DNA of 64,000 nt from Thermoproteota archaeon (lineage in GTDB: Archaea > Korarchaeota > Korarchaeia > Korarchaeales > Korarchaeaceae). Below, one piece after another: positions 19,005 through 29,007 of the stretch (position 1 is the stretch's first letter; each line of letters starts with the position of its first letter). The position numbers and the translations under genes were made by a program. The notes under the pieces were generated by a model that did not search any database, was not told the origin of the DNA, and worked only from the letters and a program-made list of their open reading frames with translations. The stretch is from assembly GCA_026986575.1 (NCBI GenBank), contig JALSOH010000006.1, positions 160,001-224,000 on the forward strand. Reading direction: 5' to 3'.

Positions 19005-20822
19005 ATGAAGCGTGGTTCGAGTCTCGCGAGCATTCTATCCGCCCTACTTTTAACTGCCGTTATAGCCCTGCCGAGCATCCCCGTCGGTCTTGCTGAGGAG
19101 CCTACACTTCGAATCGCTTTACCCAGCCCACCTCAGACCTTGAATGCTTGGTCTGATACCTCTACTTGGACGATTATCACCCTTGACATGATCTACGAAC
19201 CATTGGCGACGACTGACCCGGACGGCAAATACATACCTTGGCTGGCCGAATCTTGGGAGGCATCTCCCGACGGTAAGGTCTGGACGATAAAACTGAGGAA
19301 GGATGTGAAGTGGCAGGATGGAAAGCCCTTCACTGCTGAGGATGTTAAGTTCACCTTCGAGTACTTCAAGAAGGATGTCACCGCCAAGAGAGGCCACTCC
19401 GATATGGACTACTTGGATCATGTGGAGGTAGTGGACGATCACACAGTCAAGCTCCACCTGACCGAGCCGTTCGTAGCCGTAGTAAATACGATGCTAACCA
19501 ACCCGATACTGCCCAAGCACATCTGGGAGCCAATAGTCAGCAAGGACGGCTTCGTTGCCTCGAAATATGAGCCGAAACTCAGTGAAGTCGTAGGCACAGG
19601 TCCCTTCAAGGTAGTAGAGTACAAAACCAACGAGTACGTCAAGCTAGTGGCTAACGAGAACTACTGGAAGGGAGCTCCTGCTGTGAAAAACGTCGTGATC
19701 CAGTTCGTTAAAGAGGGAGATACGCAAGTCCTGATGATAAAGAAGGGCGAGATAGATGCCGCTATACACCTCGCCATAAACCCAGCGGTCGAGAAGGACC
19801 TGAAGGCCGCTGGAGTTAAGGTCCACAGGTACCTAAGGCCCTACTTCTACCACTGGGGTTTCAACCTCAAACACTTCCCGTTCACAGAGAAGAAGTTCAG
19901 GAAGGCCATGGCGTACGCGATAAACCTGACCGAGATAGTGGAGATAGCTAGGCTCGGAGCTGGAGAGCCCGGGAGCTATGGAGTGATGCCAGCGGTCTGG
20001 AAGGATTGGTACTGCGAAGAAGCCGGTAAGATGTATTCCTACAACCCGGAGAAGGCCAAACAGCTTCTGGACGAGCTAGGATGGGTTGATAAGGACAATG
20101 ACGGAATAAGGGAGACCCCCGACGGTAAGGACGTGGCCTTCGAGATATACCCGCCGAGCTACGATCCCGCTAGGGTCAGGGCCGCTGAGATGATAAGGGA
20201 CTACCTCAAGGAGATCGGAGTGAAGGTCACCGTACAAGTGGGTGACTGGAAGGGTGTGGTGTGGCCCGGAATAAAGGCCCACAAGTTCGACAGTTTCATC
20301 CTCGGTGCTGGTCCGACCGAGCCCGACCCCGACTGGATGAGGCTCAGGTTCAAGACGAACGCCTCCGCTAACTACTACGAGCTATCCGACCCCGAGCTCG
20401 ATCAGCTGCTTGAGGAGCAGGCCGTGACCTTGGATGTGGCCAAGAGGAAGGAGTTGGCCTGCAAGATACAGCTCAAACTTGCCGATCTGCTGCCGCTGAT
20501 AACTCTCTACTATCCTGTGATAATCAACCCCTACAGGACGGACAGGTTCGAGGGATGGGTCCCGATAAAGTTCGACTGGATAATAAACAGGTGGACCATG
20601 CTCAACCTCAAGCCTAAGGCAAAGCCGACCCCGACCCAGACTCAGCCTCCCAAGACCACGGCTCCAGCTACGACACCAGCTCCCTCACCCGCTCCAGCCA
20701 CCACATCAGCCCCAGCTACGACACCAGCTCCATCAGGGCCTGACATGACCATGATAGGCGCAATAATAGTTCTCCTAATCATCATAATAGCAGCGGTCTG
20801 GCTGTTCCTAAAGAAGAAATAG
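19005..20822 (+). CDS. Peptide ABC transporter substrate-binding protein (family 5, OppA/DppA)
   Basis: Signal peptide from ATG 19005 (GAGGTG SD); WQDGKPFTAEDV and VGTGPF motifs; Pro/Thr linker, C-terminal TM helix and KKK. Confidence 0.95.
   Translation: MKRGSSLASILSALLLTAVIALPSIPVGLAEEPTLRIALPSPPQTLNAWSDTSTWTIITLDMIYEPLATTDPDGKYIPWLAESWEASPDGKVWTIKLRKDVKWQDGKPFTAEDVKFTFEYFKKDVTAKRGHSDMDYLDHVEVVDDHTVKLHLTEPFVAVVNTMLTNPILPKHIWEPIVSKDGFVASKYEPKLSEVVGTGPFKVVEYKTNEYVKLVANENYWKGAPAVKNVVIQFVKEGDTQVLMIKKGEIDAAIHLAINPAVEKDLKAAGVKVHRYLRPYFYHWGFNLKHFPFTEKKFRKAMAYAINLTEIVEIARLGAGEPGSYGVMPAVWKDWYCEEAGKMYSYNPEKAKQLLDELGWVDKDNDGIRETPDGKDVAFEIYPPSYDPARVRAAEMIRDYLKEIGVKVTVQVGDWKGVVWPGIKAHKFDSFILGAGPTEPDPDWMRLRFKTNASANYYELSDPELDQLLEEQAVTLDVAKRKELACKIQLKLADLLPLITLYYPVIINPYRTDRFEGWVPIKFDWIINRWTMLNLKPKAKPTPTQTQPPKTTAPATTPAPSPAPATTSAPATTPAPSGPDMTMIGAIIVLLIIIIAAVWLFLKKK
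20664..20731 (+). repeat. 20-bp direct repeat encoding the PATTPAP linker units
   Basis: CCAGCTACGACACCAGCTCC at 20664-20683 and 20712-20731. Confidence 0.85.
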
Positions 20823-20886
20823 CCTCAACCACCAATCTTTTTCTTTTTCCGCTCATAGCCCGCGAGGTCCCTGGGGTGTTAAATGA

Positions 20887-21864
20887 ATGGCAAGCTACAG
20901 TGTGTTCTTGATCAGGAAGGTCTTCGCCATATTCCTGACGTTTATCGCCGCCGTGACCTTCGTCTTCATAATGGTCAGGCTGGTCGGAGACCCCTTTGGC
21001 ACCTTAGTTCTAGAGGATCCCAGAATAACTCCCGAGCAGATAGAGAAGATCAAGGCCGTATACGGGCTGGATAAACCGCTTCACGAGCAATACATTGATT
21101 TCATTCTCAACACTTTCAAGGGGGAGTTCGGGTACTCCCTCCACTACCAGAGGCCGGTCATGGATGTCATCATGGAGAGGCTGCCGTGGACACTCCTCCT
21201 TCTCCTCCCAGCCATCATAATCTCCACAATCCTAAGCATATACACAGGTATGAAGACCGCTTGGAAGCATGGCACTAGGTATGATGTGGTGGTGACCTCG
21301 ACAGCCCTCTTCATCAGGAGTACCCCTCACTTCTGGCTCGCTCTGCTCTTCCTGATGTTCTTCGGCTACTACCTTGGACTGTTCCCTCTAGCTGGATCGG
21401 TAACGCCGGCGAAGGAGTTTCCGTCCGTGCTCGACTACCTCGCCGACATAGCTTGGCACGCGGCCCTCCCTATCACCGTTTTGGTGGTCAGGGAGATCGG
21501 GATGTACATGCTCTACATGAGGAACGCGATGGTCGAGGTCATGGGTCAGGACTTCGTCTGGATGGCGAAGCTAAAGGGGTTAGCGGAGAGGACCGTCATG
21601 TACAGGCACGCAGCTAGGGTGGCGATCCTGCCCATGGTCACGGTAACGGCCCTGAGGTTCGGTTTCATGATAAATGGAGCGATTCTAACGGAGACGGTGT
21701 TCAGCTACCCCGGCATGGGAAGGCTCATCTTCGACGCCATAATGAACGATGATTACTTCCTCGTCCAAGGGGCCTTCATCATAATGACGGTCACGGTTCT
21801 CCTCGCTAACTTAGTGGCCGATCTGCTCTATGGGATACTCGATCCTAGGGTTAGGGTGACCTGA
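20887..21864 (+). CDS. Peptide ABC transporter permease (OppB-like)
   Basis: YGLDKPL, P.FWLAL, AKLKGL (EAA region), ETVFSYPGMG, DPRVR. Confidence 0.95.
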   Translation: MASYSVFLIRKVFAIFLTFIAAVTFVFIMVRLVGDPFGTLVLEDPRITPEQIEKIKAVYGLDKPLHEQYIDFILNTFKGEFGYSLHYQRPVMDVIMERLPWTLLLLLPAIIISTILSIYTGMKTAWKHGTRYDVVVTSTALFIRSTPHFWLALLFLMFFGYYLGLFPLAGSVTPAKEFPSVLDYLADIAWHAALPITVLVVREIGMYMLYMRNAMVEVMGQDFVWMAKLKGLAERTVMYRHAARVAILPMVTVTALRFGFMINGAILTETVFSYPGMGRLIFDAIMNDDYFLVQGAFIIMTVTVLLANLVADLLYGILDPRVRVT

Positions 21865-22790
21865 TGGCAGCAGTCAGGAAGGAGGAACTGATCAGGAACC
21901 TCAAGAAGACGGGATGGCAGAGAAAGGTACAAGGGGTAAAGGAATTCCTAGGTATAGTCAGAAGCCACAAGGCATCGCTCTTCGGATCCATCTTGCTCAC
22001 GATCATAGTAGTGATGGCCCTTTTCGCTCCCTACCTAGCGCCCTACGACCCCTACAAGAGAACTGGCAGACCCTTGGAGCCTCCGAGCTGGAAGCATCCG
22101 CTGGGCACCAATGACGCTGGCCAAGATATACTGAGCGAGCTGATCTATGGAGCTAGGATCTCCCTCATGATAGGAATAGTATCGGCGGTTTCGGCCGTGG
22201 CCATAGGCGTGGTGGTAGGGATGGTCGCTGGCTACAAGGGAGGCAAGGTGGACGAGGTGCTCATGAGGATAGTGGACCTCTTCATGGTCATGCCCAGCCT
22301 TCTCTTGGTGATCTTCCTGGCTATGGTCTTCAAGGGCACGTGGCTAGGAACCCAGATGTTCTTAGTACTCATCGTGGCCATAGCAATAACGAGCTGGCCC
22401 ACCGTTGCTAGGGTGGTCAGGAGCATGATACTATCGCTCAAGGAGAGGCCCTTCGTGGAGAGTGTCAGGGCCTTGGGAGCCTCGGATGCCTACGTGATGG
22501 CCAAGTACCTGCTGCCGAACACGGCTCCCCTCATACTGGCGGAGACTCTCCTGAGAACGGCAAGCAACATGATAACCGAGGCATCCCTCAGCTTCCTAGG
22601 TCTGGGAGATGCTACCCAGAAGAGCTGGGGTATGATGCTCCACTATGCCTTCTCGAGGCAGGCCATAGTGCTTGGACTCTGGACATGGGTCATTCCTCCA
22701 GGCCTGATGATATCGCTGAGCGTCCTATCCCTGTTGCTCGTTGGACAAGCATTGGAGATCTATGTGAATCCGAGACTGAGGAGGAGATAG
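21864..22790 (+). CDS. Peptide ABC transporter permease (OppC-like)
   Basis: HPLGTNDAGQDI, YGARISL, EASLSFLGLG, SWG and PPGL motifs. Confidence 0.95.
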   Translation: MAAVRKEELIRNLKKTGWQRKVQGVKEFLGIVRSHKASLFGSILLTIIVVMALFAPYLAPYDPYKRTGRPLEPPSWKHPLGTNDAGQDILSELIYGARISLMIGIVSAVSAVAIGVVVGMVAGYKGGKVDEVLMRIVDLFMVMPSLLLVIFLAMVFKGTWLGTQMFLVLIVAIAITSWPTVARVVRSMILSLKERPFVESVRALGASDAYVMAKYLLPNTAPLILAETLLRTASNMITEASLSFLGLGDATQKSWGMMLHYAFSRQAIVLGLWTWVIPPGLMISLSVLSLLLVGQALEIYVNPRLRRR

Positions 22791-22843
22791 ACAGACGTAC
22801 ACAGCAGTAATATAAGGGAGCAACAACCCTTTTCACTATCTTT

Positions 22844-23164
22844 CTAGTCCCCTAGGTTGGCTATCCTGATTCCCCTTCGCCTCACTTCAGAGAGTAGCTC
22901 AGAGGACTCATTCACAACGATTATATCGGGAGGGAGACCGGCATCCAGCAGATTTCTGATCTCCTCATCTAGCAGGGAGAAATAATCTAACTTCTCCAAG
23001 GGAACTATCACTATATCCACGTCACTCTCCCCGGGAATGGCGCAGCCCTCTACGAGCGAGCCCACCACGTATGCCTCCTTCACTAAGCCCGATAGTTTCC
23101 TTCCTATCCTCTCGATTACCTCCCTCAAATCTTCCAAGGAGACGGTCCTCACTGGATCAGTCAT
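22844..23164 (-). CDS. Minimal nucleotidyltransferase (MNT antitoxin)
   Basis: YVVGSLVEG....ESDVDIVIV (GS-x-DxD). Confidence 0.85.
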   Translation of the reverse strand: MTDPVRTVSLEDLREVIERIGRKLSGLVKEAYVVGSLVEGCAIPGESDVDIVIVPLEKLDYFSLLDEEIRNLLDAGLPPDIIVVNESSELLSEVRRRGIRIANLGD

Positions 23165-23340
23165 CTTTCACAATCCCCCCGCAGCTCCTTTATTATCTCC
23201 TCCATCAGATCCAGATCTTCTTCGGACAATGATGGGATTACCCCGTAATACCCCTTTTCCCTTACAGAGTATGCCTTGGAAATTCCCTTCACAAGCTCTT
23301 TCTTTGAGCCCCCAACTCTTCCCTCCTTTGATTCTAGAGT
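23161..23340 (-). pseudogene. 3' half of a HEPN-like gene, 5' end lost
   Basis: Start-less 59-codon frame (...KAYSVREKGYYG...EEIIKELRGDCER*) whose TGA overlaps the MNT ATG; it ends abruptly where the AT-rich DNA begins. Confidence 0.55.
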
Positions 23341-23420
23341 TTATTCAAAATTTGTTACTTTATCATCAAGTAAATTATTAACGATAATGTTTATAAGATG
23401 ATTAAATTATTATAATTATA

Positions 23421-24725
23421 ATGGTCAGAGATACAAGAAGAATTGCCATCCAAAGAATGTGGATTTTGCTGACTTCTCTTTTCTTTGTTGTATCCTTAGT
23501 TATTCCTTTAGCCGTCTCAGTAATAGCGTCGGACTATTCCTATGACATGTCAATAAGTCTCACGAGAAGTGATCTATGTCAGAGTAAATTACCTTACTTC
23601 AATGTACTAGATTCTGGTACAAACAATATATCTTCTTCTCTAAGAGATGTCTACATAATTCCCGAATCAGAGATGCTGTTAATGAAAAAAGCTTTCGAGA
23701 AAGACTTCATGAGTTTAAGCAGAGAATATGTTAAGTATATGAACAGTTATAGCATTAAATACTTAAATATATCACGTATAGACAGGTGAGAGTGCGGGTT
23801 CCCACCGGTATTCTTTACTGCCGAAGAATGGCATATCCTTATGAATAGAGTAGTTACTCTAGACAAAGAGTTAAGGACACTACTAAGAATGTACAATATG
23901 GCCTTCAAGATCAACATATTAATACCTCCAACGGCTAATTCGTCTTATATCATTGCTAGTAGTAAGATCATTAAAAAATACGCTGAAAAACTTGAGAATA
24001 TTAAGCTAAGTATGATATTTATTATCGACTTAACAGGCAAAATCAACAGTCTATCGTTGGAGGATACGTACCATGTTCTCAGGGAAGTATCGGAAATAAC
24101 AAATATTCCCATGCAATTGGCCTTAGGCGGTCTCTTTGGAAAGAAAGTACTCGTTACTCCACAAAATAGATCAATTCTCACTAATTTTCAAACATTCAAA
24201 GACGTATTGACCAAGACCGCTGAAAGTAAGAGCATTCTCTCATCCTGCAGCACAATGTCTTGGTCTTGCAATACCATTTATAGCGGGGGGATATATGTTA
24301 ATAACGTTAACATGGATACGAAATGGTGGTATTGGAGGTACTTTCCCAGTCTGATTCCTTCAGGTTGTAAATATTACCATCCCTCTGAGTACGGTGCTTG
24401 TGATATACATTACGAAAGAGAGATGTTTTTCTACGCACAAGAGGATATAACATGGGGGCTTATTAATTTTTACGGAGCAGAATATGCATATAACTGCAGG
24501 TATCATAATCCAGATCCGAACAGCTATTGTGGATCAGCAAACACCTTAATCCATTCCACGTGTGCAATTAAATACGCTGATTTAGGTAGCAGGCTATACA
24601 GCCCGGGTTACTATATCTACGCATATTATACACTTACCAATCCATGCCCGTACTGTAGCTACTGCGGATGTTATTCAACGTGTGGGTATCCACAAATGTT
24701 TATAATCAATGTCATTGTACCATGA
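23421..24725 (+). pseudogene. Secreted protein with Cys/Tyr-rich C-terminal domain, split by one in-frame TGA (23787-23789)
   Basis: ORFs 23421-23789 and 23841-24725 share a frame and the gap is open (DR*ECGFPPVFFTAEEWHILM). N-terminal signal peptide; 12 Cys in the last ~160 aa; low GC. Confidence 0.7.
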
Positions 24726-24789
24726 GATCAATAATTATCATAGCTAACAAATACTCCCCTATTTTTATGACCGTGAAAGGTGAATACTG

Positions 24790-27447
24790 ATGGAAAAACT
24801 GGAACATTTTATATTTCTAGTGATTTTAGTAATTGCTATCCTGACTATAGCCTATATTTTCGATAATTATAATTACTTAGTTTCTAGTGTTTCTAGTACT
24901 AAAATAATTAAAACCAATAATATTACTACTAACAGAGCCAATACAAGATGTACAAACACCAGTAGAGAAGCTATTGGAAAAATAAATGCTTCTAATATCG
25001 GATTAAGGGAAAGACTTAATGCCTCTTTGTTCTTCATTGATGACTTGAACTGTGATGGCGTAACCGACTTGATCGTGGCAAAAGGTGATGAGTTATCTGG
25101 TGTCTCGCTATCCCACGGGGAGAAACGGGTTCTCTGGAAGTACGATGCAAAGGGGTCGATAACGGCCCTCTCAGTAATCGAATCCGATGAAGGCGCGCCC
25201 GTTGTTCTGGCGAGCTTCACCTATGAAGGGAGGATCTACGCGCTTAAAATGGGTCAGCTACTGTGGACTTTCAGCCCCTCCGATGAGGCGACTAGAGGCA
25301 GCTATCTTTTCATCCCTATCATAAAGACGGGCGACCTCAACGGGGATGGGAGAGATGAAGTGGTGGCTTACGAATTCTACACGACAGAGATGTACGCGCT
25401 GAGCCAGGATGGAAGGCTCCTCTGGAGGATTAAGGTCAATCAATCCGTGGAAGGGCTTACAATAGCTGACTTGAACGGCGATGGAAAGGGGGAGATAGTG
25501 TACAGTGGATATGAGCCTCCTGAAGGGACACCCTTCCCCCAATCGGTGAGCTACCTCTTGGGCCTCATCAACGGTGAGGGCAAATCACTATGGAAGGTGA
25601 GGGATGCTGCTTACCGACACTCCGAGCCATTGGTGGTAGATTTAGATGGTGACGGCACTCCAGAGATAGTTACTGGATGCAGGGAAGGCCTTTGCGTGCT
25701 GAACGGAGAGGGTGTCCTTGAATGGACCTTTAAGACATCCCCCGGAACCTTCAGGCCAATCTCCGGCGATTTGAACGGAGATGGCAGGCCAGAGATCGTT
25801 TTCGCTACGGTGAACGGTTCTGTTTACGCGGTGAGCTTCGATGGCGGAGCGGTCTGGAGGTATGACGCAGGCAGTATGGACTCCTCTCCCCTAATGTGGG
25901 ATGTTGATGGCGACGGACAGAGCGAGATTCTGATCCCGTGCGAGGATGGATTGAAGGTCCTAAGTCGCAACGGTACTGTTGAGTGGGTGTACGGGAAAGA
26001 GAGCCTCAGTGTAGCCCACGCAGACGTAGATGGAGACAGAGAGGGAGAACTCTTGGTATTGACTCCATCCGGTCTAGAGGTCCTCGATAGCACCAGATAT
26101 CGATTGGAGGTGGAAACCCACCCTTACGAGATCGTCGTCAGGTTAGAGCAAGACATAATACCCCTGACCGCGCAGGAGAGGAGGATCTTCATAAAATCCA
26201 CAGCCGCCACCTTCTACAGAATCAACGATTTCGAACTCGCCCTGAACGCCCTCCCCGGCAAGTACGAGATCGGCTTGATGGTAGGTAATTGGGTCGCGGC
26301 CACGCGAAGGGTGGTCGTCCCTTGGACTCCGACCATGGAGTGGCCGAGCCCATCAGGATCTGTTTCTAGGAGCTTCTTGGTGAGATACGCCACTGGCAAG
26401 GGGATAAGTATCGAACATGAAGAGACCCCCTTTCCCGACTATACTCTGACTCCCCTCATCGGAGATGTTGATGGGGATGGTAGCCCAGATCTAATCCTCA
26501 TGGACGGTAGGGAGATGCAGATATTCGATATGAGCGGGAGAGTCGTTGAAGTTCAGCTGGATAGCGAAGCTAGAGGGGGAATTATAGCCGATCTGAACGG
26601 GGATGGCATCTCTGAAGTCCTAGTAGTGGAAAGGAGGGAGGTTCAGGCGTTCTCCCACCTTACCAATCTATGGAACTTCAAGGCTGAGAACGGTGAGGAG
26701 TTCACTGGAGCGGCGATAACGCCCGTGGGGAGGGAGAAATGGCTGGTCATCACTGCAAGATCGAGCGTCTACTCCCTCACACCTGAGGGCACCTTGAAGT
26801 GGAAGCTGAGCCTAGGTGGAGAGCTGTCGCCACCGGCCATGTCAGATATCGATAATGACGGTGAATTTGAGGCTGTGGTAGCCGTTAATCTAGGTAATAA
26901 GTCTGAGATCTTTGCAGTGGATGAAGGGGGAACTCCCAGCCCGATTATCTCGATGAACGCAGGTGTGAGGGAGATCCTCGTATCTGATATTGGAGGCGAC
27001 GGCACCAAGGATCTCGTAATGCTGTGCAATTCCGGCTTATACATCAAATCAGGGGAAAACATCGTTCTAATTCTACCGGATGCCTATCCACCAGCAATAG
27101 CCGACATCGATGGAGATTCGAGGATAGATGTAGTGGCATCCTCCAAAGAGGGTATCCTCACGATAGTCACGGCCGAGGGCGTCAGGAAGTTTAGCTTAGG
27201 GTTTGAAGCCGCCTCTCCACCTGTAGTAGTCGATCTAAAGAATGAAACTTCTAAAATTCTATTAGGTGACTACCAGGGACGCCTACACCTCATCGACCTA
27301 GAGGGGACCGCAACATCTACGATCAAGGTATCTCGCTTTCCCGTGAGGGGAGTCTATCCCGTGGATTTGGATTCGGACGGTCGCTTGGAAGTGGTATTCA
27401 CAGACCTCGAGGGAGTTCACGTGCTCTCCTCGGGTCATCTTCCTTAA
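24790..27447 (+). CDS. Membrane-anchored FG-GAP/VCBS repeat beta-propeller protein
   Basis: N-terminal TM helix; about 14 DxN/DxDGxxD/E Ca-binding repeats with LLW/W-docking motifs, in two groups of 7. Confidence 0.9.
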   Translation: MEKLEHFIFLVILVIAILTIAYIFDNYNYLVSSVSSTKIIKTNNITTNRANTRCTNTSREAIGKINASNIGLRERLNASLFFIDDLNCDGVTDLIVAKGDELSGVSLSHGEKRVLWKYDAKGSITALSVIESDEGAPVVLASFTYEGRIYALKMGQLLWTFSPSDEATRGSYLFIPIIKTGDLNGDGRDEVVAYEFYTTEMYALSQDGRLLWRIKVNQSVEGLTIADLNGDGKGEIVYSGYEPPEGTPFPQSVSYLLGLINGEGKSLWKVRDAAYRHSEPLVVDLDGDGTPEIVTGCREGLCVLNGEGVLEWTFKTSPGTFRPISGDLNGDGRPEIVFATVNGSVYAVSFDGGAVWRYDAGSMDSSPLMWDVDGDGQSEILIPCEDGLKVLSRNGTVEWVYGKESLSVAHADVDGDREGELLVLTPSGLEVLDSTRYRLEVETHPYEIVVRLEQDIIPLTAQERRIFIKSTAATFYRINDFELALNALPGKYEIGLMVGNWVAATRRVVVPWTPTMEWPSPSGSVSRSFLVRYATGKGISIEHEETPFPDYTLTPLIGDVDGDGSPDLILMDGREMQIFDMSGRVVEVQLDSEARGGIIADLNGDGISEVLVVERREVQAFSHLTNLWNFKAENGEEFTGAAITPVGREKWLVITARSSVYSLTPEGTLKWKLSLGGELSPPAMSDIDNDGEFEAVVAVNLGNKSEIFAVDEGGTPSPIISMNAGVREILVSDIGGDGTKDLVMLCNSGLYIKSGENIVLILPDAYPPAIADIDGDSRIDVVASSKEGILTIVTAEGVRKFSLGFEAASPPVVVDLKNETSKILLGDYQGRLHLIDLEGTATSTIKVSRFPVRGVYPVDLDSDGRLEVVFTDLEGVHVLSSGHLP

Positions 27448-27872
27448 GACGATTCTAATCATCACCTCGAAATCTCTCTGAATCTGCTCCACTATGAATC
27501 TCATGATAGAGACCATGCCAGGTAACCTTTCCAGCAGCACCTCTCCCTCCAGTACTTTCGCCCTGAACCAAGGTGGGGCGTAATCTATTACCCTCACATC
27601 CACGGGAATCCCTATGATGCGGCTTAGCTCATCCGATAAGGTCTCCTCGTAACAAGGCAGCTCCTCGTAAGAGACCTGCCACCGGTGAGGACTCCGACAT
27701 CGATATCCCTGAACACGGACGATGAGATGAAGCCCCCGTAGACTATGGCAGCTAGGATCTCCTCTCTAGGTAGGAGGGCCTCGAGCAACCTACGCTTAAC
27801 TTCCCCTTTCTCAGGGTCAGAGAGCCTGTAGAAGGTGAACCTCTGCCTGTCCTCACGGATTCTCAAAGACAT
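27440..27872 (-). pseudogene. MNT nucleotidyltransferase, frameshifted
   Basis: IVYGGF...FRDIDVGV, shift near 27678 into VSYEEL..YEETLSDELSRIIGIPVDVRVIDYAPPWF; the 3' end runs into the FG-GAP gene. Confidence 0.75.
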
Positions 27873-28292
27873 AAGCCCTCACCTTCTCTAGGAATGACTC
27901 TATCGCCTCTATTCCGCCACCTCTTGCCTCCTCATACAATCTGAGTGAGATAGTCCACCTCCCGGTACCTGTGGACGAGCATGTTCCTCAGCGATGCGAG
28001 TCTCTCCATCTTGGTACCCACCGATGGTCTCGCTGCCCCCTTCCTGTATAGCTCGGTAAAGGATTCCTTGTATCCCTTGGGTAGCACCCCGAAATCCCTC
28101 TCCAGTATGGAAACAGCGATCTTAGATAATGACTCGACAATCACTATGAGAAGGTACCCTTAATGTGTACGAGTTTCTCCTATCTGACAGATATTCATCG
28201 ACGGAGAGCCTACAGACCTCCCTTAGACTGGACAGATAGTCCGAATCTTCCTCCATTAACCTCAGGACCATATTTCTATCGACATTTGTCAT
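27853..28292 (-). pseudogene. HEPN/DUF86 (HepT-like) toxin with two frameshifts
   Basis: MTNVDRNMVLRL...YTLR | YLLIVIVES...PKGYKESF...LRNMLVHRY (Rx4H) | LRLYEEARGGGIEAIESFLEKVR. Confidence 0.8.
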
Positions 28293-28419
28293 CTCGTGTC
28301 GGTGAATGTGGAAGAACTCCTTTAAAAGGCCTAAGACCTCGGCTCCGCCACTTATTGATCGGATTACTGAGTTTGATGTTTATGTAAGGGGCTATCCTTG
28401 GCGAGGGTGGTTAGCTCCT

Positions 28420-28660
28420 GATGATGTCGATGAAGTTATGTTATATTACATGATTTGATAAAAAAGCCCTTAAATAGCTAGGAAACCTAGAAGGAAGGAC
28501 AGAGGACAATAAAAGCTATTAAAGGAACTGCTTAGACCTCTAGAAGAATGATTTCTCCCTAGAATGTATCAGAAGAAACTCAGGGGAGAGTGGGTTAGAA
28601 TATTATAGGCTAAGCCTAGGCTAAGAGTAGGAGATTTTAGAGCGATACTAACTTGAGGGA
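28420..28660 (+). pseudogene. Degraded RelE/ParE-family toxin remnant
   Basis: Fragments FDKKALK*L, KKLRGEW and RLRVGDFRAIL, interrupted by stops and shifts. Confidence 0.6.
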
Positions 28661-29007
28661 GCCCCTCCTTCGTTTATGGGATCTAAAAGGAGAAGATCGA
28701 ACTATTAGGAGAGCTAGGGAAGGAGCTGAGGAGAGTCTTCTTGAAGTTGCTACCTTATATCAGCAACGAGGAATAAGAGGCTAGAGAAGGAGTTCTCTGG
28801 AGGGCAGGAGGAATTTGAGAAGGTAGTGTGATAATCCAAGCCTTAATATTCACTACCTCCTCTTCGAAAACCAGCAGTAGTAGAGTTCAGAAAATTGAGT
28901 GCTTGAGTCTGCGAATTCCTTTACGATGTTCTAGGCTCTCATTACCCTCATTTCAGGGGAAGGTTCGCGATACAGCGATACTAAGTAGAGGGAAGCCGGA
29001 GCTAGGA

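Noticed and set aside
23787-23789. Selenocysteine readthrough of the in-frame TGA
   Set aside because: No SECIS-like GC hairpin is visible after 24725, the context is not a known redox motif, and no Sec machinery is in the window. A nonsense mutation is simpler.
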